DNA from: Anaeramoeba ignava BMAN
Taxonomy: Eukaryota; Protista; Anaeramoebae
Reading direction: 5' to 3'
Length of the DNA stretch: 64,000 nt
NCBI GenBank assembly: GCA_028826165.1
Contig: JAPDFW010000074.1
Span: forward strand, 310,001-374,000
Shown here: positions 10,841-24,628 of the stretch, in pieces
Layout: each line of letters begins with the position of its first letter
How positions within the stretch are numbered: position 1 is the first letter of the stretch
Notes under the pieces: generated by a model
The model's database searches: none
Told to the model about the DNA's origin: nothing
The model's input: the letters and a program-made list of their open reading frames with translations, nothing else
Position numbers and translations under genes: made by a program

Positions 10841-13800
10841 ATGGATAAAATAACTTTTACAAATCAATTTCCAACATCAAAAAATCAAAAAAAAACAAAT
10901 GATTTAATATTTTTTAAACGACTTACACCATCTTGGGTTTATCCAATTCGGAATTTTTTAGAAAAGCGATATATTTTTTCTAAAAAACAAAACAAATTCC
11001 TTAATGTAAACAATTTATAATTAAAATTGAAATTAAAATCAAAATTAAAATTGAAATTAAAATCAAAATCAAAATCAAAATTAATATTAAAATCAAAATT
11101 AAAATTAAAATTAAAATTAAAATTAATATTAATAATTAAAATTAAAATTAAAATTAAAATTAAAATTAAAATTAAAATTAAAATTAAAATTAAAATTAAA
11201 ATTAAAATTAAAATTAAAATTAAAATTAAAATTAAAATTAAAATTAAAATTAAAATTAATATTAAAATTAAAATTAAAATTAAAATCAAAATTAAAATCA
11301 AAATTAAAATTATAATCAAAATAAAGATTATTTTTGAAATTCTTGAAAGAAATTTGACAGATTTTTATGATATAATTGAACCATCAATCCTTCGATTTGA
11401 TAATTTTTCTTGTAAACAATTAGACAGAATTGAAATTAGTTTAAAATCTACAAGAAATAAATTTGAATCTGCTATTGAAAATATGAAACATAGAGCTGAT
11501 GATGCTGTTAATTGGATTAAAGAATCAAAACCAAAACTTCAACCAACTTCAATTTCAGAAATGGTTCAAAAAGTTCTTAAACAAACAGAAGAATTTGCAG
11601 TTGAATTTGAAAAACAAACTGAATTTTTAGATGAAAATTTTCCAACAACAAGAACAACAGAAAATTCAAATGAAAATTTAAATCAAAATATAAATCAAAA
11701 TTCAAAAGATAATTCAAAAGATAATTCAAAAGAAAATATAAATCAAAATTTAAATGATAATTTAAATCAAAATACAAATGATAATTCAAATGATAATTCA
11801 AATGATAATTTAAATGAAAATTTAAATGATAATTTAAATCAAAATTCAAAAGATAATTCAAATGATAATTCAAATGATAATTTAAATCAAAATATAAATC
11901 AAAATTCAAATGAAAATTTAAATCAAAATTTAAATCAAAATTCAAATGATAATTTAAATCAAAATTCAAAAGAAAATATAAATCAAAATTTAAATGATAA
12001 TTTAAATCAAAATTCAAAAGATAATTTAAAAGATAATTCAAATGAAAATTCAAAAGATAATTCAAATCAAAATTCAAAAGATAATTCAAATCAAAATTCA
12101 AATCAAAATTCAAATGATAATTTAAATGATAATTTAAATCAAAATTCAAAAGATAATTTAAAAGATAATTTAAATCAAAATTCAAATGATAATTTAAATG
12201 ATAATTTAAATCAAAATTCAAAAGATAATTTAAAAGATAATTCAAATGAAAATTCAAATGATAATTCAAATGAAAATTCAAATGATAATTCAAATGAAAA
12301 TTCAAAAGATAATTCAAATCAAAATTCAAATCAAAATTTAAAAGATAATTTAAATCAAAATCAAAAATTCATTCAAAAAGATCCTTTTATTTATAATCCT
12401 AAACTTATAATTACTCAACACTTTGAAATTCCAGAAGATATTAAATCTTCAATTTTTCAAAATTTAAATCAAAATTTAAATCAAAACTCAAATCAAAATC
12501 AAAATCAAAAAGAAAAAGTTGTTCGCATTCACATTCACCCTCTCCAACAAACAAAAACTGAATCAGTATCAAAGTTTCCAAGTTTTAATTTCGAATCAAT
12601 GAAAGATGGATTAAATTTTGTTATTGATAAAGGATCATCAACAATTTTTGATATTTCACAAACAAAATTACTTCAATCAATGGCAAAAAGTATTGATTCA
12701 AGTATTATTTACTTAAAATCTTTTCTCACAAAAAATCCTGTAATTTTTATTTTTCAATATTTCTCAAAAATCTTATAAAAATGATTTTTTTTATTTAATT
12801 TAAAAATTAATTACTCAAGAAAGTAACACCTCCTAAACAAGTTCAAGTCAAAAAAAGATCAGAAATTCTTGAAATTGCAAATGATGTGAAAAGTGTTATT
12901 TTTGCATTTTTATTATTTCCATTTTATTTAATCAAATTAAAAATTCAAAAAGTGATTAAATTTCTTCTTCGAAAAAGCAAAAAAATGAGGAAGAAAATCA
13001 AGGCATATTTTATAAAACCAAAAGGAAAAACAGAAAAGGAAAAAGAAAAGGAAAAAGCTAAAATTGAAAATGTTCAAAATCAATATCTTCAAAAATTGAC
13101 AGAAATGAAAGAATCAGCATTGAATGAATTGAAAAAAACAGAAAAATTTATCATTTCATTACTTAATTCTTCTTTTTCTAATTTAAAATCTGTTATTCCA
13201 TCAATTTCTTTCAAGAATAATTCAACAAAAGAAGCACAATCAATAAAAAAAGAATTAGAAAAGGAAATTACAAGTGATGAGGAGACATCACGTCTTTCTC
13301 AAGCTATTGAACAACTTCCAAATCTTCAATTAATTGTCAATTCTTTTTCTTCTTATGCAATTGATATTGCTAATTATTTTAAAAATGATCTAACTGATTC
13401 AGGAAATAAGTTTTTTGAAAAATTATCTCATTCAGAATTTTTTGGTCCAAGAAATATTATTGAATCAATGAATAAAGAAGTTGTTGATTCTATTATTTCT
13501 CTTCAAGAAAATGCTATTTTGAGAATGAGTTCAATTGTTTCTTTTATAACTAATGTTGAAAACCCTACACATAATTTATCAAATTTAAATTTCAATCGAG
13601 ATTTTGATCATTTGGATGATAATTTACAATCAATTTTAAAAGAGAATTTAAATCAAAATTTAAATAAAAATTCAAATGAAAATTCAAATGAAAATTTAAA
13701 AGAAAATTTAAATGAAAATTTAAATCAAAATTCAAATGAAAATACAAATGAAAATTTAAATGAAAATACAAATGAAAATTTAAATGAAAATACAAATGAA

Positions 13801-14100
13801 AATTCAAATGAAAATTCAAATGAAAATTCAAATGAAAATTTAAATCAAAATTCAAATGAAAATACAAATGAAAATTCAAATGAAAATTCAAATGAAAATT
13901 TAAATCAAAATTCAAATGAAAATACAAATGAAAATTCAAATGAAAATTCAAATGAAAATTTAAATCAAAATTCAAATGAAAATATAAATCAAAATTCAAA
14001 TGAAAATTTAAATCAAAATTTAAATGAAAATACAAATGAAAATTCAAATCAAAATTCAAATGAAAATTTAAATCAAAATTCAAATGAAAATTTAAATTAA
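10841..14100 (+). CDS. Asn-rich helical protein with a perilipin PAT-like motif, 3 exons (10841-11005, 11327-12739, 12820-14100)
   Basis: Phase-0 GT-AG introns 11006-11326 and 12740-12819. EPSILRFDNFSCKQLDRIE resembles the PAT motif EPQIxxANxxACKGLDRIE. Two NxNS/NxNL tetrapeptide tracts and a hydrophobic stretch VIFAFLLFPFYLI. Confidence 0.55.
11006..11326 (+). repeat. 321-nt intron filled with (AAAATT)n
   Basis: GTAAAC...ATAAAG. The KIKIKI ORF segment is a by-product of this repeat. Confidence 0.85.
11663..12365 (+). repeat. Coding 12-mer array (NQNL/NDNS/KDNS)
   Basis: In-frame AAT-CAA-AAT-TTA-type units in exon 2. Confidence 0.9.
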
Positions 14101-15365
14101 AATATAAATCAAAATTCAAATGAAAACTTAAATGAAAATTTAAATCAAAATTTAAATCAAAATTTAAATGAAAATTCAAATCAAAATTCAAATCAAAATT
14201 CAAATCAAAATTCAAATCAAAATTCAAATCAAAATTCAAATCAAAATTTAAATCAAAATTCAAATGAAAATACAAATCAAAATTTAAATCAAAATTCAAA
14301 TGAAAATTTAAATCAAAATTCAAATCAAAATTTAAATCAAAATTTAAATGAAAATTCAAATGAAAATTTAAATCAAAATTCAAATGAAAATACAAATCAA
14401 AATTCAAATCAAAATTTAAATCAAAATTCAAATCAAAACTTAAATGAAAATTTAAATCAAAATTTAAATCAAAATTCAAATCAAAATTTCAAATCAAAAT
14501 TCAAATGAAAATTCAAATCAAAATTTAAATGAAAACTTAAATCAAAATTCAAATCAAAATTCAAATGAAAATTCAAATCAAAATTTAAATGAAAATTGAA
14601 ATGAAAATTCAAATCAAAATTTAAATGAAAATTTAAATCAAAATTCAAATCAAAATTCAAATCAAAATTTAAATCAAAATTCAAATGAAAATTCAAATGA
14701 AAATTCAAATCAAAATTTAAATGAAAATTTAAATCAAAATTTAAATCAAAATTTAAATCAAAATTTAAATCAAAATTTAAATCAAAATTCAAATTAAAAT
14801 TCAAATGAAAATCTAAATGAAAATATAAATTAAAATTCAAATCAGAATTGAAATGAAAATTTAAATTAAAATTTAAATCAAAATTCAAATTAAAATTCAA
14901 ATGAAAATCTAAATGAAAATCTAAATGAAAATATAAATTAAAATTCAAATCAGAATTGAAATGAAAATTCAAATCAAAATTTAAATCAAAATTTAAATCA
15001 AAATTTAAATCAAAATTCAAATGAAAATTTAAATCAAAATTCAAATGAAAATTTAAATTAAAATTTAAATCAAAATTTAAATCAAAATTTAAATTAAAAT
15101 TCAAATGAAAATCTAAATGAAAATCTAAATGAAAATATAAATTAAAATTCAAATCAGAATTGAAATGAAAATTCAAATCAAAATTTAAATCAAAATTTAA
15201 ATCAAAATTAAATGATAATTTAAATCAAAATTTAAATCAAAATTCAAATGAAAATTTAAATCAAAATTTAAATCAAAATCAAATCAAAATTTAAATCAAA
15301 ATTTAAATCAAAATTTAAATCAAAATTTAAATGAAAATTCAAATCAAAATTTAAATGAAAATTTA
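13645..15365 (+). repeat. 12-mer array (NENS/NQNL) that starts in the CDS and continues ~1.26 kb past the stop
   Basis: AAT(G/C)AAAATT(C/T)A units. TAA at 14098-14100 is a CAA/GAA>TAA variant of the unit. Confidence 0.9.
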
Positions 15366-15519
15366 ATTGGAAACTTTTTGAATTTTTATTGATTTATTTC
15401 CTTTTTGAAAGAATGGAAAAAGAATTGAAGAATTTTTTTTTTTGGAAGTGAATAAAAAAAAACCAAAAAAAACTTTTGAAAAATCGGAAAAAAAGAAAAT
15501 TTTAAATTTGATTTGAAAA

Positions 15520-17905
15520 TTAGTTAAAATTGGACATCATTTTCTTATAAAGTTCTCTTTTTTCTTGTTCATATTTTGAAACTTTTTGTTTTAAAATTGC
15601 ATATTGTTTTTGAAGATCTTTATTATTTGGTTCAATTTCAAAACCTTTTTTAAAAGTAGTAACTGCATTTTCAAATTCACCTAAATTCATTTCAGCAACT
15701 CCTAATCTATAAAGAGCTCTTAAAGTTTGAGGATTCTTTTCCAAAATCTAAAATGAAAAAATTTTAATTTTAATTTTAATTTTAATTTTAATTTTAATTT
15801 TAATTTTAATTTTAATTTTAATTTTAATTTTAATTTTAATTTTAATTTTGATTTTAATTTTAATTTTAATTTTAATTTTAATTTTAATTTTAATATTAAT
15901 TTAAATTTTGATTTTAATTTTAATTTTAATTTTAATTTTAATTTTAATTTTAATTTTAATTTTAATTTTAATTTTAATTTTAATTTTAATTTTAATTTTA
16001 ATTTTAATTTTAATTTTAATTTTAATTTTAATTTTAATTGAAAACCTTTCTGCATGTTTTCTTAACATCTGCATATTTTTCTAATTTAAGTTGATAAAGA
16101 GCAACATTTAAAGAAAGTTTTAAAATGATTTCTTGTTTTTTTTCTTCATCTTCAGGATCATCTTCAGTTTTCCATTCTTCAAAAAGTTGAAGTCCTTTTT
16201 GTGATTCTTCAATAGCTTCCTGTAATTTATTTTCTCTAAAAAGTGCAATTCCTGTTTCTTTAGCTTTTTCTGCTTTAGTAATTTTAACTTCTAAAGGTTC
16301 TTCTCCTCCAATAATATCTAATAATTCCATTTCAAAAGTAAGTGTTGAATTTGCAGGAATTTTATCAGAAACTGTTTGATTTCCCTTTAAATTTAAATTT
16401 TAATTTTAATTTTAATTTTAATTATAATATTAATTTTAATTTTAATTTTAATTTTAATTATAATATTAATTTTGATTTTGATTTAAATTTTAATTTTAAT
16501 TTTAATTTTAATTTTAATTATAATATTAATTTTAATATTAATTTTAATTTTAATTTTAATTTTAATTTTAATTTTATTTTAATTTTAATTTTTTTTGATA
16601 CAAACATATCCATATTCTGGTTTAATCACAACTTTGCTTTTTTCTCCTATTTTAAAAGTTGGAAGAGAAAGATCCCAACCTTTAATAACTTGTCCAGTTC
16701 CAACAGTTAATTTAAAAGGTTGTCCTCTATTTCTTGAACTATTTAATAGAATAAAAATTAATTTATATTTAAATTTAGATTTTAATTTTGAAATTGATTT
16801 ATATTTTAATTTAGATTTTGATTTTGATTTTAATTTAGATTTTGATTTTAATTTAGATTTTGATTTTGATTTTGATTTATTTTGATTTTGATTTTGATTT
16901 TGATTTTGATTTTGATTTTGATTTTGATTTTGATTTTGATTTTGATTTTGATTTTGATTTTGATTTTGATTTTGATTTTGATTTTGATTTTGATTTTGAT
17001 TTTAATTTAGATTTTAATTTTGATTTTGATTTTGATTTTGATTTTGATTTTGATTTTGATTTTGATTTTGATTTTAAATTTTGATTTTAATTTTGATTTT
17101 GATTTTGATTTTGATTTTGATTTTTTGGATTTGATTTTGATTTTGATTTTGATTTTGATTTTGATTTTGATTTTGATTTTGATTTAAATTTAAATTTTGA
17201 TTTTGATTTTGATTTTGATTTTAATTTTAATTTTAATTTTGAATTTGATTTTGATTTTGATTTTGATTTTGATTTTGATTTTAATTTTAATTTTAATTTT
17301 AATTTTAATTTTGATTTTAATTTTGATTTTGATTTTGAATTTGATTTTGATTTTGATTTTGATTTTGATTTTGATTTTGATTTTGATTTTGATTTTGATT
17401 TTAATTTTGATTTTGATTTTGATTTTGATTTTGATTTTAATTTTGATTTTGATTTTGATTTTGATTTTGATTTTAATTTAGAATTTGATTTTGATTTTGA
17501 TTTTGATTTTGATTTTGATTTTGATTTTGATTTTGATTTTGATTTTGATTTTGATTTTAATTTTAATTTTGATTTTGATTTTGATTTTGATTTTTTGATT
17601 TTGATTTAAATTTTGATTTTAATTTTGATTTTGATTTTGATTTTAATTTTGATTTTAATTTAGAATTTGATTTTGATTTTGATTTTGATTTTGATTTTGA
17701 TTTTGATTTTGATTTTGATTTTGATTTTGATTTAGAAATTGAAATTGATTTTAATGGAAAAATACCTGTCAAAAATTTCACCTTTTTCATTTGTTCCAAC
17801 ATAATGAACTGAAACTTCATCTCCCTTTTTAGGTTTATCACCAGAACCTTCAGTAATAATTGTTTTCACAACACCTCCATCTCCAGAAATATCAATTTCA
17901 CTCAT
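15520..17905 (-). CDS. FKBP-type peptidyl-prolyl isomerase with C-terminal TPR (Hsp90 co-chaperone type), 4 exons (17905-17766, 16738-16606, 16384-16046, 15747-15520), 279 aa
   Basis: DGGVVKTIITEGSGDKPKKGDEVSVHYVG...FDSSRNRGQPF...QVIKGWD...PEYGYG...IPANSTLTFEMELL, followed by TPR (RALYRLGVAEMNLGEFENA). All phases consistent. Confidence 0.92.
16739..17765 (-). repeat. 1027-nt intron of (AAAATC)n with (AAAATT) patches
   Basis: GTATTT...AAATAG. FKBP introns 16385-16605 and 15748-16045 are (AAAATT)n arrays as well. Confidence 0.9.
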
Positions 17906-18032
17906 TTTTTTTTTTGTAATTAAAATTTTTTTATTTAAAAAAAATGAAAAAAAAATGAAAAAAAATTTTTTTATTTTTTTTTTAATTTTTTTTTTGGATT
18001 CAAAATATTTCTTTTTTTCTTTATAAAAAAAT

Positions 18033-20760
18033 ATGACCCAACCAATTAGAAGAGTTAGTACATTTCAAGGAGAAGAAGATAACGTACTCAAATCAACAAC
18101 AACAGATGAAGAAAAATTTGAAATTCTTTCTGAAAAAGAAAATCAACAAAAAAATTCTTCAACAAAACCAGCAAAATATCAATTAAACATAACAAAGAAA
18201 CAATTACAAAATCATAAGGAGCAATCACTGCTCTTCAAAATACTGACTATCCCATATAAACATCCAGCTAGATTAATGGGATTTATTTGGATAATAAATA
18301 TATTCTATTTTGAAGTGATAATTTTTAATCAAAAAATAGACACTTGTAAGTGGCCTGAATTAACAGAAGAAACAGGAAAAAAAGGCAATGAGAAAGAAAA
18401 AAAGAAAATTAGCGAAAAGGATTTATTGAAAATGTTGGTTGTTTCTGATGTACAAGTTACTGATTCAACAAGTTATTATTTTGCAGAAAAACGAGGTTTT
18501 TTTTTATATTTTATTGAATTTTGGTCAGATATTTTTATGAGAAAAGTTTTTAAGAAAATTCAAAATATTCATCCAAATCCTGATATTTTAGTTACTTTGG
18601 GTGATTTATTAGATGGTGGAAGAAAATTGAATGATTTCAAGTATTAAAATCAAAAATCATTTATAAAATTAAAATTCATTTATAAAATTAAAATTCATTT
18701 ATAAAATTAAAATTAAAATTAAAATTAAAATTCATTTATAAAATTAAAATTAAAATTAAAATTAAAATTCATTTATAAAATTAAAATTAATTTATAAAAT
18801 TAATATTAATTTATAAAATTATAATTCATTTATAAAATTAAAATTATTTATAAAATTAAAATTAATTTATAAAATTAAAATTAATTTATAAAATTAAAAA
18901 TTAATTTATAAAATTAAAATTATTTATAAAATTAAAATTCATTTATAAAATTATAATTCATTTATAAAATTAAAATTAATTTATAAAATTAAAATTCATT
19001 TATAAAATTAAAATTCATTTATAAAATTAAAATTCATTTATAAAATTAAAATTCATTTATAAAATTAAAATTCATTTATAAATTATAATTCATTTATAAA
19101 TTATAATTAATTTATAAATTCAAAATCATTTATAAAATTAAAATTAATTTATAAAATTAAAATTCATTTATAAAATTATAATTCATTTATAAAATTAAAA
19201 TTAATTTATAAAATTAAAATTATTTATAAAATTATAATTAATTTATAAAATTATAATTCATTTATAAAATCAAAAATCATTTATAAAATTAAAAATTTAT
19301 AAAATTAAAAATCATTTATAAAATTATAATTATTTATAAAATTAAAATTAATTTATAAATTCAAAATCATTTATAAAATTAAAATTAATTTATAAAATTA
19401 AAATTCATTTATAAAATTATAATTCATTTATAAAATTAAAATTATTTATAAAATTAAAATTCATTTATAAAATTAAAATTATTTATAAAATTAAAATTCA
19501 TTTATAAAATTAAATTCATTTATAAAATTAAATTCATTTATAAAATTATAATTAAAAGTTTTGATTTGGAAATGAAAAGATATAATTGGATTTTTGAACT
19601 TCAAAAAGATATTCCTTTCTTAAATATTTCAGGAAATCATGATATTGGTTATGCAATGTAAAAATATTAAAAATATTAAAAATTAAAAATTAAAAAATTA
19701 AAAATTAAAAATTCAAAAATATTCAAAAATTAAAAATTTCTTTTTTTTAAAAAAAAGTGAAAATAATCCAGAAAATAAAGAAAGATATAAAAGAACATTT
19801 GGCCCACTTAATTTCCAAAAAGAATTAAAAAACTTCACATTTATTGGAATAGATTCATCAAATATTGAAACAGAAGTTGCAAATGAAGAATATCATTTAG
19901 AATTTAGTGAATTTTTGGAAAATATTTCAAAAGAAGTTATTGAAAACCCAAAACAACCAAGAGTATTATTCACTCATTTCCCATTATTTCGTTTCTCTTC
20001 AGATTGTGGAGAATTTGATTTCAAACCTTATCAAAATTTCCATAAATATCAAGGGAAATTAACATATCAACATTATGTTCTTGAAAAAAGTAGCGAAAAA
20101 ATTCTTGATCAAATTCAACCATCATTTATATTTTCAGGACATCTTCATATTCCATGTTATTACTCACATAGGAATAAACACCCAGAATTGATTGTGGGGA
20201 CTTTCTCGTGGTTACAAGGTTATCTACATCCAAGTTATACACTTGTCTCACTTTTTTATGATAAATCAAATATTGATTCACAACCTCAAATTAAATATTC
20301 AGTTTGTTTTCTCCCAAATCAACTTCATGTCTACTTTTGGTATATTGTTCTCTTTATTATTACTATGATTGTGTTCTTTGTTGTTCCCCCTTTTTTCGCT
20401 ATTTGTAATTTTGTTTTTCATTTTAATTCTTCTCAAAAAATTTCTGGTCAAATTTTTTCTTCAAAATATTTTCCTGATGATGAAATCAATCATTTTAGTC
20501 AAGATGATAACGAGAATTCAAATTCAAATTCAAATTCTAATTCAAATTCAAATTCAAATTCTAATTCAAATTCTAATTCTAATTCTAATTCTAATTCTAA
20601 TTCTAATTCTAATTCTAATGGAAATCGAATTTTTTCTTTTTGGAAAAGATTTTTTTCTATTCTTCTTTATGAATCAACAAAAAATATAAAACCATTTATC
20701 AAAATGTTAGCAACAGCAATTCCAGTTTATCTTTACATTTTATATTATGAATTAAGATGA
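18033..20760 (+). CDS. Cdc1/MPPE1 (PGAP5)-like membrane metallophosphoesterase, 3 exons (18033-18640, 19559-19657, 19758-20760)
   Basis: Motifs VSDVQ, LGDLLDGG, SGNHDIG (exon 2), FTHFPL and SGHLH. N- and C-terminal TM segments, CFLPNQ motif, NS tract. Confidence 0.85.
18641..19558 (+). repeat. 918-nt intron of a ~19-20-mer array (TTTATAAAATTAAAATTCA)
   Basis: GTATTA...TAAAAG, phase-2 join restores the frame into the GNHD exon. Confidence 0.9.
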
Positions 20761-20955
20761 TTATTTTTAGAGAATTAAAAACAAATTTTTTTTTTAAATC
20801 AATATTAAAAATATTAAAAATAATAAATAAATTTTTTTTAAAAAAAAAAGTTCAAATTCTTTTATAAAATTTGTTTTTGAATTGAAAATAAATTGAATTG
20901 AAAATATTTTGAAATGAAAATAAATTGGAATGAAAATAAATTGAGTTATTTGTTC

Positions 20956-23900
20956 TTAATTTGTTGATGATGAAGTATAAGGACAATTAAAATTAACATG
21001 AGGATTTGACCATTTATGAATAATTTCAATTCCACAAATTGCACGATGAAGTGACCAATGCTCAAGTTGACATTCTTTACTACAATAAGCAACAATTCTG
21101 TGAACATTTAAGCAACCTTTACAAAGTTGAAATTGATGAAGTTGTGTTTCTTTTTTGCCACAATATGCACAACTTCTTAATTCTCCAAGAATTCTAGTTT
21201 TAAAATCTATTTTAAATGGATTTTGATTTAAATTTTGATTTAAATTTTCATTTGTATTTTCATTTGAATTTTCATTTGAATTTTCATTTGTATTTTCATT
21301 TGAATTTTCATTTGAATTTTGATTTGAATTTTCATTTGAATTTTGATTTAAATTTTGATTTAAATTTTGATTTAAATTTTGATTTTCAAAATCTCGAGAC
21401 ATTATTGCTGGAAGATAAAGAGATTTTTTAAAAATTCTATTTTGTTGTTGAATTTGTATTTCTTTCAATTGTAATTCTTGTTCTTTTTCTCGAATTTCTC
21501 TTTCTTTTTGTGCTCTCATATTCAATAAATTTTGTTCTTTAACTAATTTTTGAATTGAATCAAATGGTAAATTTGAATTTTGTAAATTTGCTTGTAATTG
21601 TTTTGATTCTTTAATTTGAGAATTTTGTATTTTTTGTTGATTGCTTATATTTTTTATATTTTGATTTTCTTGTTGATTTTTTGTTGATTGTGGACAAACA
21701 TGAACAGAATCTGAATTTTTTGGTAATGGATATCCACAAAAATGACATTTCTTGACTATATTTTCATCAGGAGGAGGATTTAAATCAAATGTATCAATAA
21801 CATCATTCCAAGATCCTAATATTTATATAAATATTTATATAAATATTTAATTTTTAATATTTAATTTTAATTTAATTTAATTTAATTTAATTTAATTTAA
21901 TTTTAATTTAATTTTAATTTAATTTAGAAAACAAACCACAAATAGATTCATCAACACAATTTGATGTATAACAATTTCTAATTTTAAAAGTATATTCTTT
22001 TGCATTTAAATTTTTAAGACAACGAATAACAATAGAAACAACTTCAATAGATTCTGATTTTGGTTGATCAATTAAAGATCCTAAAACACTTTTAATTTTT
22101 TCTTTAGTATCAGAATTATTTGAATCTTTAGCAATTTCAGTAAGAATTTGAGCAACATATTTTCTTGCTCCTCTTTTTTTATTCTTTTTAAAAAAACAAT
22201 TTTTGTAAAAATAAAATGTAAACAAAAATTTTTTTTTAAAATTGAAAAATTACTTTTAAATATTGAATTAAATCATTGACTAAACTTGTACCACAACTAA
22301 TAAAAAGAAGAACTAATTGATCAACTAAACTTTCAGAACCAAAAGCAAGTAAACCAATTAAGGAAGATAAAGGTTCAAGAATAGTTAAAAAACCATCAGA
22401 ATTATAAGAGAAATTTTGAGATTTTTGATTTTGAAGAATTTCTTGAGAATCTAAATTTCTTATTTTTCTAACAATTTCATTCAGTAATTTTGTTGCAATA
22501 ATTAAAGTTACTGAATTATCCTCATTTAATTTTTTGTCTCTAATCAATAAACATAAACTTGGTATTGATTCATATCCAATTTGTAATTTTTGGATTAAAT
22601 TTGTTTCATGTGGATTTGTTATTGAAAATAAACTTCGTAATTTTTCTGAATACCGATTTGTTGTTTTGATAAATGGATCATCCCATATATGTTTTTCTGT
22701 TGTTTGAGTTGGCTTCTTTTTCTTTCTTCGTTGTTTTTTTTTTAATTTTCTTTTGTCTATTATTCAAATTAAAAAAATTTGTTATTAAAATTATTATTAA
22801 AATTATTTATAAAATTATTATTAAAATTATAAATAAATTTATTATTAAAATTATAAATAAAATTATTATTAAAATTATAAATAAAATTATTATTAAAATT
22901 ATAAATAAAATTATTATTAAAATTATAAATAAAATTATTATTAAAATTATAAATAAAATTATTATTAAATTTATTATTAAAATTATTATTAAATTTATTA
23001 TTATAATTATAAAAATTTAATATTAAAATTATTATTAAAATTATAAATAAAAATTATTATTAAAATTGTTATTAAAATTATTATTAAAATTATTATTAAA
23101 ATTGTTATTAAAATTATTTATTAAAATTATTATTAAAATTATTATTAAATTTATTATTAAATTTATTATTAAAATTGATTATTAAATTTTTATTATTAAA
23201 ATTGATTATTAAAATTTATTATTAAAATTGATTATTAAATTTATTATTTAAATTTATTATTAAAATTATTATTAAATTTATTATTAAAATTATTATTAAA
23301 ATTATTATTAAATTTATTATTAAATTTATTATTAAAATTATTATTAAAATTTATTATTATTAAATTTATTGTTAAATTTATTATTAAAATTATTATTAAA
23401 ATTATTTTATAAAATTATTATTATATTTATTATTAAAATTTGTTATTAAAATTATTATTAAATTTGTTATTAAAAATTATTATTAAAATTATTATTAAAA
23501 TTATTATTAAAATTATTATTAAAATTATTATTAAAATTATTAAAAAATTATTATTAAAATTTATTATTAAAAATTATTATTAAAATTTATTATTAAATTT
23601 ATTATTAAATTTATTATTAAAATTATTATTATTAAATTTATTATTAAATTTATTATTAAATTTATTATTAAAATTTATAAATAAATTTATTATTAAAATT
23701 ATTATTAAAATTATTATTAAAATTATTATTAAAATTATAAATTAAATTTATTATTAAAATTATTATTAAAATTATTATTAAAATTATTATTAAAATTATA
23801 ATTAAATTTATTATTAAAATTATTATTAAATTTATTATTAAAATTATTATTAAATTTATTATTAAAATTATAAATAAATTTATTATTAAATTTATTATTA

Positions 23901-23981
23901 AATTTATTATTAAAATTATTATTAAATTTATTATTAAAATTATTATTAAATTTATTATTAAATTTGTTATTTACAACTCAT
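20956..23981 (-). CDS. MYND zinc-finger protein with helical N-terminus, 4 exons (23981-23975, 22756-22254, 22183-21937, 21815-20956)
   Basis: MYND: CAYCGKK...LCKGC...YCSKECQLEHWSLHRAIC. A 7-nt first coding exon ATGAGTT joins in phase to give MSYKRKLKKKQRRKKKKP (NLS-like). Extra CHFC...HVC motif. Confidence 0.75.
22757..23974 (-). repeat. 1218-nt intron of a 12-mer array (AATAATAATTTT)
   Basis: GTAAAT...AATAG, phase 1 consistent. Confidence 0.8.
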
Positions 23982-23989
23982 TATTAAAA

Positions 23990-24072
23990 AGAATTTGTTT
24001 AAGAAAGTATTTAAGAATTTGTTTAAGAAAGTGTTTAAGAAAGTATTTAAGAAAGTGTTTAAGAAAGTGTTT
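23990..24072. repeat. ~7 x 12-mer AAGAAAGTGTTT in the presumed 5' UTR of the MYND gene
   Basis: Direct repeats between ATG 23981 and the TCATTT cluster at 24075-24128. Confidence 0.8.
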
Positions 24073-24570
24073 AAAAAAAATGAAAAGAAAAAAATGAAAA
24101 AAAATGAAAAAAAAAATGAAAAAAAAAATATTTCCAATTTGATTTAAAAAATGAAAATTTTTTATAATTTCATTCTTCTTGGATAAAGGAAATTACTTAA
24201 TTTAGGTTTTTAGAATTGTTTATACATTAATTTATCTGTAAAAAAAATTAATATTTTAAACAAAAAAAAACCAAAAAGAAAAAAATGAAAAAAAAAAATT
24301 TTTTTAAATTATTTTTTGAAAATATTTTTAATAAAAATGTCTCAATGACAATGAAGGAAATAAAGTTAAATATCTTTTAAAAAGAGCCTTCAATTCCCTG
24401 TCAGTCAAAGAATTTAATTTTGGTTTCAATATTTAATAAATTTAATAATAAAAAAAAAGGATATTTTAATAATTTTAAAAAAAAAATATAAAACACCTTT
24501 TTTTTTAATTGAAACCTTAATAAAAAATGGTTTTTAATGTGAAATTAAAAATGAAAAAAAATTTTTTTAA

Positions 24571-24600
24571 TTTTTTCATTTTTTCATTTTTTTCATTCTT
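24571..24600 (+). promoter_or_regulatory. Tandem TCATT initiator-like motif upstream of EMC1
   Basis: TTTTTTCATTTTTTCATTTTTTTCATTC about 30-60 nt before ATG 24629. Confidence 0.55.
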
Positions 24601-24628
24601 AATAAAAATAATAAAAAATTAATATAAA

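Noticed and set aside
9908-17481. Low-complexity ORFs (YLIN, ILIL, KLKL, DFDF, LNFD/LNFH repeats), also at 22673, 51441, 51864, 54109, 54122 and 61828
   Set aside because: By-products of tandem arrays whose unit length is a multiple of 3, or antisense to Asn-rich coding repeats. They lie inside phase-consistent introns or opposite real exons.
15755-17740. Hexamer arrays as interstitial telomeric repeats
   Set aside because: (AAAATT)n and (AAAATC)n lack G-runs and are confined to introns.
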